64,000 bases of DNA from Ignavibacteriota bacterium (GTDB lineage: Bacteria; Bacteroidota; Ignavibacteria; UBA10030; UBA6906), in NCBI GenBank assembly GCA_963748405.1, contig CAVVIT010000002.1, forward strand, positions 276,976 through 340,975, written 5' to 3'. Under the pieces are notes generated by a model that had not been told where the DNA came from, did not search any database, and saw only the letters and a program-made list of their open reading frames with translations. Numbering within the stretch: the stretch's first letter is position 1; each line of letters starts with the position of its first letter. A program made the translations under genes and the position numbers. Positions 29,074 through 41,317 of the stretch are shown here, piece by piece.

Positions 29074-30336
29074 GTGGACAAGTTCGTCATCCGGGGGGGG
29101 AAGCGCCTCAGCGGGAGTGTCTCCGTGAGCGGCGCGAAGAACGCCACGCTCGCCCTGATGCCCGCCGCCATACTCGGTCCGGGCACGTCCCGGCTCCTCA
29201 ACACCCCCGCCCTCCGCGACGTCACGACGATGATGAGCCTCCTGCGGACCATGGGGATGCGGATCGGCTTCGCCGATAACATCCTCACGCTGGACAGCAC
29301 GACGGTGGACAGGCAGGAAGCCCCGTACGAGCACGTCAAGAAGATGCGCGCGTCCATCTACGTCCTCGGCCCGCTCATCGCCCGGTTCGGCCGGGCGAAA
29401 GTGTCCCTCCCCGGCGGCTGCGCCTGGGGTCCCCGTCCCGTGAACCTTCATATCGAAGGGATCAAGAAGCTCGGCGCCGAGATCGATCTGGAGGGAGGCT
29501 ACATCGTTGCGAAAGCCGCACGCCTGCACGGGGCCCGCATCCACTTCGACGTCTCGAGCGTCGGGGCGACGGGGAACGTCATGATGGCGGCGGTGCTGGC
29601 GAAGGGGACGACGCTCATCGACAATGCGGCGATGGAGCCGGAAATCACCGCCCTTGCGGGGTACTTGATCGCCATGGGGGCGCGCATCGAGGGGACGGGA
29701 ACAAGCCGGCTCGAGATCCAGGGGGTCGACGCGCTCAGCCCCGCCGACGTCGATACGATACCGGACAGGATCGAAGCGGGGACGTTTCTCATCGCCGGCG
29801 CGATCACGGGAGGGACCGTGACGCTCCGCAACGTGAATCCCGAACACCTCTCCGCGGTCTGTGCGAAGCTCGAAGATGCGGGATGCACGATTGACGCCGG
29901 GGCAGACACGCTCACGCTTTCGGCCCCCTCGCCGATCCGGAGCGTGGACGTGACCGCCGCCGTGTATCCCGGGTTTCCCACGGACATGCAGGCGCAGTGG
30001 ACCTCCCTCATGGCGGTCGCCGCCGGGACCGCGGTGGTCACCGATTCAATCTATTTCGACAGGTTCAAGCACGTTCCCGAGCTCCTGCGCCTGGGCGCCT
30101 CCATCGAACTGAAGGAAAACGCGGCGGTGATCCGCGGGGTCACGGGGCTTGCCGGGGCGAAGGTGATGTCGACCGACCTCCGCGCCTCCGCGTCCCTGAT
30201 ACTCGCCGGGCTCGTCGCCGAGGGCACGACCGAGGTTCTCCGCGTCTATCACATCGACCGCGGGTACGAGGCCATCGAAAAGAAACTGCAGTCCCTGGGT
30301 GCGGATATCCGCCGGGAAGCCGGGGAGGAATTCTGA
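29074..30336 (+). CDS. murA: UDP-N-acetylglucosamine 1-carboxyvinyltransferase
   Basis: 420 aa, full-length MurA with active-site Cys region ([12 protein letters not shown]). Confidence 0.9.
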   Translation: MDKFVIRGGKRLSGSVSVSGAKNATLALMPAAILGPGTSRLLNTPALRDVTTMMSLLRTMGMRIGFADNILTLDSTTVDRQEAPYEHVKKMRASIYVLGPLIARFGRAKVSLPGGCAWGPRPVNLHIEGIKKLGAEIDLEGGYIVAKAARLHGARIHFDVSSVGATGNVMMAAVLAKGTTLIDNAAMEPEITALAGYLIAMGARIEGTGTSRLEIQGVDALSPADVDTIPDRIEAGTFLIAGAITGGTVTLRNVNPEHLSAVCAKLEDAGCTIDAGADTLTLSAPSPIRSVDVTAAVYPGFPTDMQAQWTSLMAVAAGTAVVTDSIYFDRFKHVPELLRLGASIELKENAAVIRGVTGLAGAKVMSTDLRASASLILAGLVAEGTTEVLRVYHIDRGYEAIEKKLQSLGADIRREAGEEF

Positions 30337-30346
30337 ACCTCACCCC

Positions 30347-32618
30347 GTGACACTCCGCGCACTCATCCGCACCCCCGTCGTCCGATCCACCGCACTCCTG
30401 TACGCGTGCGTTGCCCTCGTGTGCACGAGGGTCCCGCTCCTGAATTACCTCGGGTACGAATTCTCCGCTCTCACCGCGCTCCTTACCGGGATCGCCTCGG
30501 GGCTTCTGACGATCCGCGCGGTCCGGGAGGGCTCCCCGGGAGGAGGGGGGATGCCCGCACCCGGGGCGGGCGCACGCGCGGCCGGAGCGTCCGCGGCGGT
30601 GAGCGGGCTTCTCCTTCTCATTCCGCTTGCCGTGATGACCGGGAACGCGCTCGTTGTCCGCAACTGTTCGATCGCGGAAGGTCTCGCGTTTTTCGTCCTC
30701 CTCGCCCCCGTGAGCGCCGCGTTCGGTGTCGCACTCGGATTCTTCTCGGGCATCCACGCTGAGCATCCCCGCGTCCTCTTCTTCTCGGCGTGCGCGATCT
30801 TCTTTGCCTACAGCGCGGCGCTGGGGTACTTCACGCCGGCGGTCTTCTCCTACAACTTTCTCTACGGGTTCTTTCCGGGACTCACGTACGACGAAGCGCT
30901 TCCCCTCACGAGGACGCTCATCCTCTTCCGCCTGCTGACCCTTTTTGTCGCCGCGGTCCTCCTCTGGGCGGGGATGATCACCGTGACGGACGCCCCCGCG
31001 GCCCCTCCGGGACGCCGGAGACTGGTCACGCTCGCTCTCGGGCTCCTTACGAGGGAGCGAAGAATCCGCTCACTGGTCATTGCCTGTGCGCTGGCCGGGT
31101 TCTACGTCTTCCGGTGCGACCTGGGATTCGAATCGACCTCCTCGTTCATCCGGCGGACGCTCGGCGCGGAGCTCACGACCGAGCATTTCGTCCTCTATTA
31201 TTCTCCCTCGTCATTTACCGCCGATGAAATCCGCCAGGTGGCCCGCGAGCACGAGTTCAGGCTGAGCCAGGTGGCCTCCGCGATCCCCGCCCTCCCGGGA
31301 GCCCGGTTCGAATCGTACATCTATCCCTCCTCCGAAATCAAGCAGCAGCTCATCGGGGCAGGCAACACCGATATTGCCAAGCCGTGGAGCGGGCAGATCC
31401 ACCTCTCGCGCGAGTCTCTCGAGGGCTCGCTCAAGCACGAGCTCGTGCACGCGGCGGCCGCCCCGTTCGGCCTCCCGGTGATCCGCGCCAGCCTCAGCAC
31501 GGGACTCGTCGAGGGACTCGCCATGGCTCTTGACGGAGAATGGGGAAACAGGACGCTGCACGAGTATGCCGCAGCGCTGCAGGAAGCGGGCATCGCTCCC
31601 CCGATCGGCGACATCATGAGCCTCTGGGGTTTTGCCTCGCAGCATTCATCCGTGAGCTACGTCCTGGCGGGGTCCTTCTGCAGGTACCTGATCGACCGTT
31701 ACGGCATGGTGAACCTCCTCACCGTGTACCGCTCGCTTGATTACCGCGCGGTGTACGGCCGGTCCCTTGCGGACCTCTCGCACGAATGGGAGGAGTACCT
31801 GGGGAGCGTGCCGCTGGAGGACGAAGACCAGGACGGGATCGACGCGCTCTTCCGCCGGGCGCCGATATTCCGCAAAGTCTGCGCCCGCGTGCTCGCGCAC
31901 CGCGCGGGCGAGGCGCGCGCCTCGTTCGCCAGGAAAGAGTACGCCGTCGCGGAATCGCTCTACGCGCGGGTATACGCCGAGGGCGGGGGGTATGATGCGT
32001 TCGCCGGGTACCTCACGAGTGCACTGAGGAGGGGGCGGATGAGCGTCCTGACATCTTCGCTCGACACCGTCATACTGGCCGACGATCATCCCGCGAGGTT
32101 TCTCCCCCTCTTCATCGGCATCGGGGACGCCTACTGGGCCTCGGGGGACCAGGAGAAGGCGTACGCGCTTTACAACCGGGTCTACCAGGCGGACTTCACG
32201 GAGGGATACACCGAGGCGGCCGCGCTCCGCCTCATGGCAATGGACGCGGATCCCGGCGGAAAGACGCTCCTTCCGCTCTTCCTGGCCGATTACACCGATT
32301 CGCTCCGCGTCGCCGTGACCGACTCGCTTCTCGGGCGCGACCCGAGGGACAGGATGCTGCTGTACATGAAAGCCCGGTCACTGCTCCGGGAGGGGGAATT
32401 TGCGGAGGTCGTCGAAACGTTGAAGGGGCTCGACCTGACGTCGGCGGATCTCGCCCTGGAAGCCCTCCGGCTCCGGTACCTGGGTCAGGCGCTGTACCGG
32501 CTCGGACGGTACGGCGAGGCGCGGAGCGCATTCTGGATCTCACTGAACGCGGAAAACACCGACATCGGCGAGGACAAAGTCGACACCTGGCTGGACAGGT
32601 GCGAATGGGCGGAACGTC

Positions 32619-32629
<11 letters not shown>
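30347..32629 (+). CDS. polytopic membrane protein with periplasmic/cytoplasmic HExxH (gluzincin-like) region and C-terminal TPR-like repeats
   Basis: About 8 N-terminal transmembrane helices, then HELVHAAAAPFG...EGLAMAL and TPR-like helices. GTG 30347 chosen as the first start after the murA stop; the start is uncertain. Confidence 0.6.
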
Positions 32630-35025
<2,396 letters not shown>

Positions 35026-35061
35026 GAACGACAACACTTCACAGGCATTGCAGGCGTTCCC

Positions 35062-36486
35062 ATGGCACAGGCAATTCGATTCGGGACGGACGGGTGGCGC
35101 GGCGTGATCGCCGACGATTTCACGTTCGCCAATCTCGAAAAGGTGGCTCTTGCGACGGCGCGGTTCTTCGCCGGTCATAAGAAGCGGAGGAACGGCATCG
35201 TCATCGGCTACGATGCGCGGTTCATGTCGCGGGAGTTCGCCGAACTCTCCGCCGCCGTCATGGCGAACGCCGGCATTGCCGTGAAGCTTGCCGACAGCAT
35301 CGTCAGCACCCCGATGGTCTCCCTGCTCACGCTGCGGGAAAACGCGGCGGGGGGGATCGTCATCACCGCCAGCCACAACCCGGCGCGGTACAACGGGTTC
35401 AAGATCAAGGGGGACTTCGGCGGACCCGCCGATCCCGCCATGATCGCGCGCGTGGAGAAGGAGCTTGCGAAGGTGATGAAGCTGAAGAAGCTTCCCGCCG
35501 CGCGGCACACGCTCGGCGAGCTCCTGGCGAAGGGGAAGGTCTCTCCGCTGGCGATGCGGCAGCGGTACCTGGACGACATCGCGACGAAGATCGATCTCGA
35601 CCTCGTCCGCCGCTCGGGCATCCGCATTCTGTACGACGTCATGTACGGCGCCGGACAGGGGGTGCTCGACGACGTCCTCCCCGGCGTCCGGCAGATGCAC
35701 GAGACATTCAACCCGTCGTTCGCCGGGACCAACCCCGAGCCGCTCGCGCAGAACCTCACCGCCCTGATCGCGGGGATGAAGTCCGGCGGGTACGACATCG
35801 GCATCGCCACGGACGGGGATGCGGACAGGATCGGGGCCGTGGACGAAAAAGGGAATTTCGTCGATTCGCACAGGATCTTCTCGCTCCTGCTGAAGTACCT
35901 CGTCGAGCAGAAAAAAATGACGGGGGAGGTCGTGAAATCCCTCTCCGTCACGCAGATGGTGGACGCTCAGTGCGCGAAATACGGGCTGAAGCTCGTCGAG
36001 ACCCCGGTGGGATTCAAGCACATCTGCAAGTACATGACCGGCCACGACGTGCTGATCGGCGGCGAGGAGAGCGGCGGTCTTGCCGTCAAGGGGCACCTGC
36101 CGGAGCGGGACGGCATATTCCTGGGGCTCATGCTCTGCGAGATGATGGCGGTGCGCGGCAAGCCCCTCGGCGCGCTCGTCGGCGAGCTCATGGACGAATT
36201 CGGCGTGCACGAGTTCAGGCGCGTCGACATGCACCTTTCGGAGAAGGAAAAGGAGGCGGTGATGAAGCGGTTCCGGGGGAAAGTCAGGGCGATCGGCCCG
36301 TACGCCGTCACCCGGCGCGACGACACCGACGGGCACAAGCTGTTCGTGGAAGGAGGCTGGGTGCTCGTCCGCGCCTCGGGCACCGAGCCGCTCATCCGCG
36401 TGTACGCCGAAGGGGGGAGCACCGCGATGGTCGACGCCCTTCTTGCCGGCGCAACGGAGAGGCGGGGATCATCCGCGCGCCCCTGA
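35062..36486 (+). CDS. phosphoglucomutase/phosphomannomutase family protein
   Basis: Phosphoserine loop TASHNP; GTDGWRG; Mg-binding DGDADR. Confidence 0.85.
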   Translation: MAQAIRFGTDGWRGVIADDFTFANLEKVALATARFFAGHKKRRNGIVIGYDARFMSREFAELSAAVMANAGIAVKLADSIVSTPMVSLLTLRENAAGGIVITASHNPARYNGFKIKGDFGGPADPAMIARVEKELAKVMKLKKLPAARHTLGELLAKGKVSPLAMRQRYLDDIATKIDLDLVRRSGIRILYDVMYGAGQGVLDDVLPGVRQMHETFNPSFAGTNPEPLAQNLTALIAGMKSGGYDIGIATDGDADRIGAVDEKGNFVDSHRIFSLLLKYLVEQKKMTGEVVKSLSVTQMVDAQCAKYGLKLVETPVGFKHICKYMTGHDVLIGGEESGGLAVKGHLPERDGIFLGLMLCEMMAVRGKPLGALVGELMDEFGVHEFRRVDMHLSEKEKEAVMKRFRGKVRAIGPYAVTRRDDTDGHKLFVEGGWVLVRASGTEPLIRVYAEGGSTAMVDALLAGATERRGSSARP

Positions 36487-36509
36487 CGTATCAGGGGAAG
36501 AGGAACGCC

Positions 36510-37826
36510 ATGCAACCGAACAGATATTATACGATCATGCCCGACGGCACGGTGAAGCAGGTCAATCCCTTCACCGGGACCGAAGTCTGGGCGGTGGCCG
36601 GTCGCAAGAGCCGGCCCATCACGAACGAGTCGCTGGTCCCCGCACGGCCGATCGAGAAACACGTCCCCGAGGACTACTGCAGTTTCTGTCCCCCCCGCTA
36701 TTTCGAGACGCCCCCCGAGAAATCCCGGCTCGTCCAGCGCGACGGACGCTGGGACAGGATCGACACGCTCGCCCCCGACCGGTATTTTGAGACGCAGGCG
36801 ACGTTCCGGCGGGTCGGGAACATGTTCGAGATCGTCACGCTCGACTACTGGCGGAAGAACTACGCCTACAAGATGAACGCGGGACGGCAGAAGTGGAAGG
36901 AAGAATACCTCGCCAGCCCGAACGGGTTAAAGCACATCACGGACATCGTCCACTACAAACTCCGGCAGGAAGGGCGGTCGGAGGAGCAGCTCGAGAAGAT
37001 GCCGATGGCGGACAAATTCGCGATCGCGGACGCGTTCTTCGGGGGAGGCCACGAGCTCATCATCGCCTCCCGCCACTACCGGGAAGGCGCCGCCACGGAC
37101 GCCGATCTGTTTTCATCGGGCGAGATGTCCCTGGACGAGCATTTCCGCTACTTCCGTTTCACCGTCGACGCGATGCTCGACATCACCCAGACCAACCGCT
37201 ACGTCCGGTACATCAGCGTGTTCCAGAACTGGCTGAGGGCGGCCGGCGCCTCCTTCGATCACCTGCACAAGCAGATCGTCGCGCTCGACGAGTGGGGTGC
37301 CTCCATCGAGGAGCAGATGCACATGCTCCGGGAGGACCCGAACGTCTTCAACGAATACGGCGCCAATTTCGCGGCGTACCACAACCTGATATTCGCCGAA
37401 AACGATCACGCGATCGCCTGGGCCGGTATCGGGCACCGTTCGCCGACGATCGAAGTCTACTCCCGCTCCGTCGCCGGAAGGCCCTACGAGCACTCGGACG
37501 AGGAAATCAGGGGGATGAGCGATCTCGTCCACGCGATCCACGCCTCGATGGGGAGCCAGATTTCGTGCAACGAGGAGTGGTACTACACCCCGGTGGACGC
37601 GGTCACGAAAATGCCCTGGCACGTCCTGATCAAGTGGCGCATCAACGTTCCCGCGGGATTCGAGGGGGGAACGAGCATTTACATCAACCCGTTCACCCCC
37701 ATCGAGCTGCGCGACAGGCTCGTGCCCCGTCTCTACAAGCTCCGCGACGAGCACCGGATCGCCGGGATACGGATCGCGGAAGAATGCCGCGTGGATCCGA
37801 ACCCCCTGAAGTACTACCTCAAGTAA
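36510..37826 (+). CDS. HIT-superfamily / GalT-like nucleotidyltransferase-fold protein (HxHxQ motif; DUF4921-like)
   Basis: 438 aa from ATG 36510 with GGAAGAGGA upstream. FDHLHKQIV resembles the GalT/HIT active site. The ORF is open further upstream, but that stretch overlaps the PGM gene. Confidence 0.65.
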   Translation: MQPNRYYTIMPDGTVKQVNPFTGTEVWAVAGRKSRPITNESLVPARPIEKHVPEDYCSFCPPRYFETPPEKSRLVQRDGRWDRIDTLAPDRYFETQATFRRVGNMFEIVTLDYWRKNYAYKMNAGRQKWKEEYLASPNGLKHITDIVHYKLRQEGRSEEQLEKMPMADKFAIADAFFGGGHELIIASRHYREGAATDADLFSSGEMSLDEHFRYFRFTVDAMLDITQTNRYVRYISVFQNWLRAAGASFDHLHKQIVALDEWGASIEEQMHMLREDPNVFNEYGANFAAYHNLIFAENDHAIAWAGIGHRSPTIEVYSRSVAGRPYEHSDEEIRGMSDLVHAIHASMGSQISCNEEWYYTPVDAVTKMPWHVLIKWRINVPAGFEGGTSIYINPFTPIELRDRLVPRLYKLRDEHRIAGIRIAEECRVDPNPLKYYLK

Positions 37827-37839
37827 TCCCCCCCGCACC

Positions 37840-39803
37840 ATGATCTCCGCTGTCAACCTTCTGCTGGAATTCGGCGACAGGCCGCTGTTCAGGGAAATCT
37901 CCTTCCGCGTCGGCCCGCACGACAGGATCGGCCTCGTCGGAAGCAACGGCGCGGGGAAATCGACGCTGCTCAGGATCCTCGTGGGGGAGATGGCGGCGGA
38001 CAGCGGGGAGATCGCGAAGGCAAAGTACGTGAGCGTGGGGTACCTCCCGCAGGAGGGGATGTCCGCGGCGGGACGGACGCTCTACGGCGAGGTCGAATCG
38101 GTGTTCGCCGACGTCATCGGCACGCAGGCGGCGCTCGACGAGGTGCACCGCCGGATGGGGGAGATCGACCACGAGTCGGCGGAGTTCGCCGAGCTCCTCG
38201 AAGTGTACGGCGAGCTCCAGCACAAGCTCGAGTCGTCCGACGCTTTCCGGATCAAGACCGGGATCGAAAAAGTCCTTGTCGGCCTGGGGTTCGCGGAGGC
38301 CGATTTCCCGCGGCAGACGGACGAGTTCAGCGGCGGGTGGCAGATGCGCATCGCGCTGGCGAAGCTCCTGCTGGCCCAGCCGTCGCTCCTCCTTCTGGAC
38401 GAGCCGACGAATCATCTCGACCTCGATTCCCTGCGCTGGCTCGAAGACTATCTCCGGTCCTACGAGGGGGCGGTGATCATCGTCTCGCACGACCGCCGGT
38501 TCCTCGACAACATGACGACGAAGACCTACGAGCTCAGCATGGGGCAGCTCACGGAGTACGCGGGGAACTTCAGCTTCTTCGTGACGGAAAAGGCCTCCCG
38601 GCGGGAACAGCAGGTCGCCGCGTTCAGGAACCAGCAGCAGCAGATCAAGCAGACGGAACAGTTCATCGAGCGCTTCCGCTACAAGGCCACGAAGGCGCGC
38701 CAGGTGCAAAGCCGCATCAAGCAGCTCGAAAAGATCGAGCTCATCGAGATCGAGGACGAAGAGGGGGGGATCCATTTCGCGTTCCCTCCGGCCCCCCAGT
38801 CCGGCCGGGTCGTGATGGAGCTCAGGCAGATCAGCAAGAGCTACGGGGCGCTCAAGGTCTTCAACGGCGTGAGCCTGGACATCGACAGGGGGGACCGGAT
38901 CGCGTTCGTCGGCGTCAACGGGGCCGGGAAATCGACCATGGCGCGCATCCTCGCCGGGATCGAGCCCTTCGACGGCGGCGAGCGCGTCGTGGGACACAAC
39001 GTGACGATCTCGTACTTCGCGCAGCACCAGGCCGAGGAACTCAACCCCGCCCACGACGTCCTCCAGACGGTCGACGAGGTCGCCACCGGGGACATCCGGC
39101 GGAGGCTCCGCACGCTCCTGGGCTGCTTCCTCTTCAGCGGCGACGACGTGTTCAAGAAAGTCCGCGTCCTTTCGGGGGGGAAAAGAGCCGTCTGGCGCTC
39201 GCCAAGATGCTCCTCCGTCCCAGCAACCTCATCGTCATGGACGAGCCCACGAACCATCTCGACATGCGCTCCAAGGGGGTGCTGCAGGAAGCGCTCGCGT
39301 CCTACGAGGGGAGCTTTGTCATCGTCTCGCACGACAGGGATTTCCTCGACCCGATCGTGACCAAGGTCGTCGATTTCCGGCGCGGCGGCATCCGGGTCTA
39401 CCCCGGCAACGTCAGCGAGTACATCGAGGCGCGCGGGAAGGAGCTGCAGCAGTCGGCCCCCGCCCCGCAGGCGAAGAACGCGGCCGGGCCCGGGAGCGAG
39501 AAGGAACGGAAACGGCTGGAGGCGGAAGAACGGCAGAAGCGGTACCGGAAGACCCGGCCGCTCCGTGAGGCGATCGGCGCGCTCGAGCGGAAGCTCGAGC
39601 AGATGGAAGGGGAGAAGTCGGCGATCGACGCTCGGATGGCAGACGCGGATTTCTACCGGGACGGTGAGAACGTGAAGAACGTCCACGCCAGGTACCGGGA
39701 GCTCGAAAAAGAAATAGCCGACGCGTATTTCCGGTGGAACGAGCTCACGAAGCAGCTCCAGGGGACCGAATCCCCGGACGATCCCCCCGGGAGGCGCACG
39801 TGA
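37840..39803 (+). CDS. ABC-F family ATPase (Uup/YheS-like, two NBDs plus C-terminal coiled coil), interrupted by a 1-nt frameshift at 39174-39180 in this sequence
   Basis: NBD1 intact. NBD2 signature [14 protein letters not shown] is readable only after shifting frame inside a G7 run (the ORF table splits it into 37840..39360 and 38337..39803). Confidence 0.7.
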
Positions 39804-41230
39804 AAAAGGGAGACGATCTCGAAGGGACGATCGAAGACCTCGCCGTCGAGGGGAAGAGCGTCGCGCGCATCGAGGGATGCGTCGTGTTCGTCCGCGGCGG
39901 CGTGCCCGGGGACGTCGTGCGCATGCGCGTCCGGACCGTCAAGAAGAACTTTGCCGAGGCCGACCTGCTCTCCGTCGTCACTCCTTCGCCGCGCCGCGCG
40001 GAACCCCGCTGCATGTATTTCGGTACGTGCGGCGGGTGCACGTGGCAGAACATCGCCTACGGCGCGCAGATCGAGTTCAAGCGGAAACACGTCGCCGACG
40101 CGCTCGCGCGGCTGGGCGGATTTGCGTCGGTCTCCGTTCCCGCGCCGCTGGCGATGGAGGACCCCTACTACTACAGGAACAAGATGGAGTTCTCCTTCGG
40201 CGAACGCTGGCGCACCGGCGAGGAGATGGCGCTGGCGGGGCCGCGGGAGCGGCCGACGGGGGACGTCGTCGATCCCGCGCTGGGGCTTCACCTCCCCGGG
40301 CGCTACGACAGGATACTCGACCTGAAAGAGTGCTGGCTCCAGTCGGACACGAGTGCCAGGATCGTGAACACCGTGCGGGCGTTCTGCCTTGCGGAGGGGC
40401 TCCCCGTCTTTTCCACGGTGACGCAGAGCGGGTATCTCAGGAACCTGGTCATCCGCGAATCAAAACGGACCGGGCAGCGGATGGTCAACGTCGTCACGCG
40501 GGACGACCGCCCCGACGTCATGCACCGGCTCACGGAACGGCTGCTCGCGGAATTCCCCGCGCTCACGACCGTCGTCAACAACATCACACAGCGCCGCTCG
40601 CAGGTGGCCTTCGGAGAAAGCGAAACGGTCTATCACGGCGCCGGGACGATCGCGGAGACGATAGGGGAGAGGAAGTACAGGATCTCCGCGAATTCCTTCT
40701 TCCAGACGAACACCGTGCAGGCGGAGCGTCTGTACGACACCGCGCGATCGTTCGCGCATCTGCGCCCCTCCGACGTCGTGTACGATCTGTACTCGGGGAC
40801 GGGAACGATCGCGCTTCACGTCGCCGGCGGCGTACGGAGCGTGTTCGGGATCGAATCGGTGGAACAGGCCGTGAACGACGCCAGGAAGAACGCGGAGTCC
40901 AACGGGGTCGGCAACTGCGTCTTTCTCCTGGGAGACCTGAAGGACACGCTCCTTTCCTCGCACCGGCAGGCGGAGCCACTCCCCCGGCCCGATGTCATCA
41001 TCGCGGATCCCCCGCGCGCGGGGATGCACGAAAAGGTGACGCGGGAGATCGTTTCGCTCGGACCCAGGACGATCGTGTACGTGAGCTGCAACCCCTCGAC
41101 GCAGGCACGGGACTTGAAAATAATCTGTGAATCGGGAAAATATTCGATCGAGGCGGTACAGCCCGTCGACATGTTCCCCCATACGCAGCATATCGAGAAC
41201 GTCGTCGGCCTCATCAAAACTTGTCCTTAA
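39800..41230 (+). CDS. rlmD: 23S rRNA (uracil-5-)-methyltransferase RlmD/RumA (TRAM + 4Fe-4S + SAM methyltransferase)
   Basis: TRAM domain; Cys cluster CMYFGTCGGC; C-terminal DPPRAG and catalytic Cys (VSCNPST). GTG start overlapping the ABC-F stop. Confidence 0.85.
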   Translation: MKKGDDLEGTIEDLAVEGKSVARIEGCVVFVRGGVPGDVVRMRVRTVKKNFAEADLLSVVTPSPRRAEPRCMYFGTCGGCTWQNIAYGAQIEFKRKHVADALARLGGFASVSVPAPLAMEDPYYYRNKMEFSFGERWRTGEEMALAGPRERPTGDVVDPALGLHLPGRYDRILDLKECWLQSDTSARIVNTVRAFCLAEGLPVFSTVTQSGYLRNLVIRESKRTGQRMVNVVTRDDRPDVMHRLTERLLAEFPALTTVVNNITQRRSQVAFGESETVYHGAGTIAETIGERKYRISANSFFQTNTVQAERLYDTARSFAHLRPSDVVYDLYSGTGTIALHVAGGVRSVFGIESVEQAVNDARKNAESNGVGNCVFLLGDLKDTLLSSHRQAEPLPRPDVIIADPPRAGMHEKVTREIVSLGPRTIVYVSCNPSTQARDLKIICESGKYSIEAVQPVDMFPHTQHIENVVGLIKTCP

Positions 41231-41317
41231 GCATTGATTATTTGCGAAGGAAAAGATAGCTTGTAAGAGTCCCCCCTCAAGAAATCCCCGTCACCGATCT
41301 TTGGATATCACCCACGT

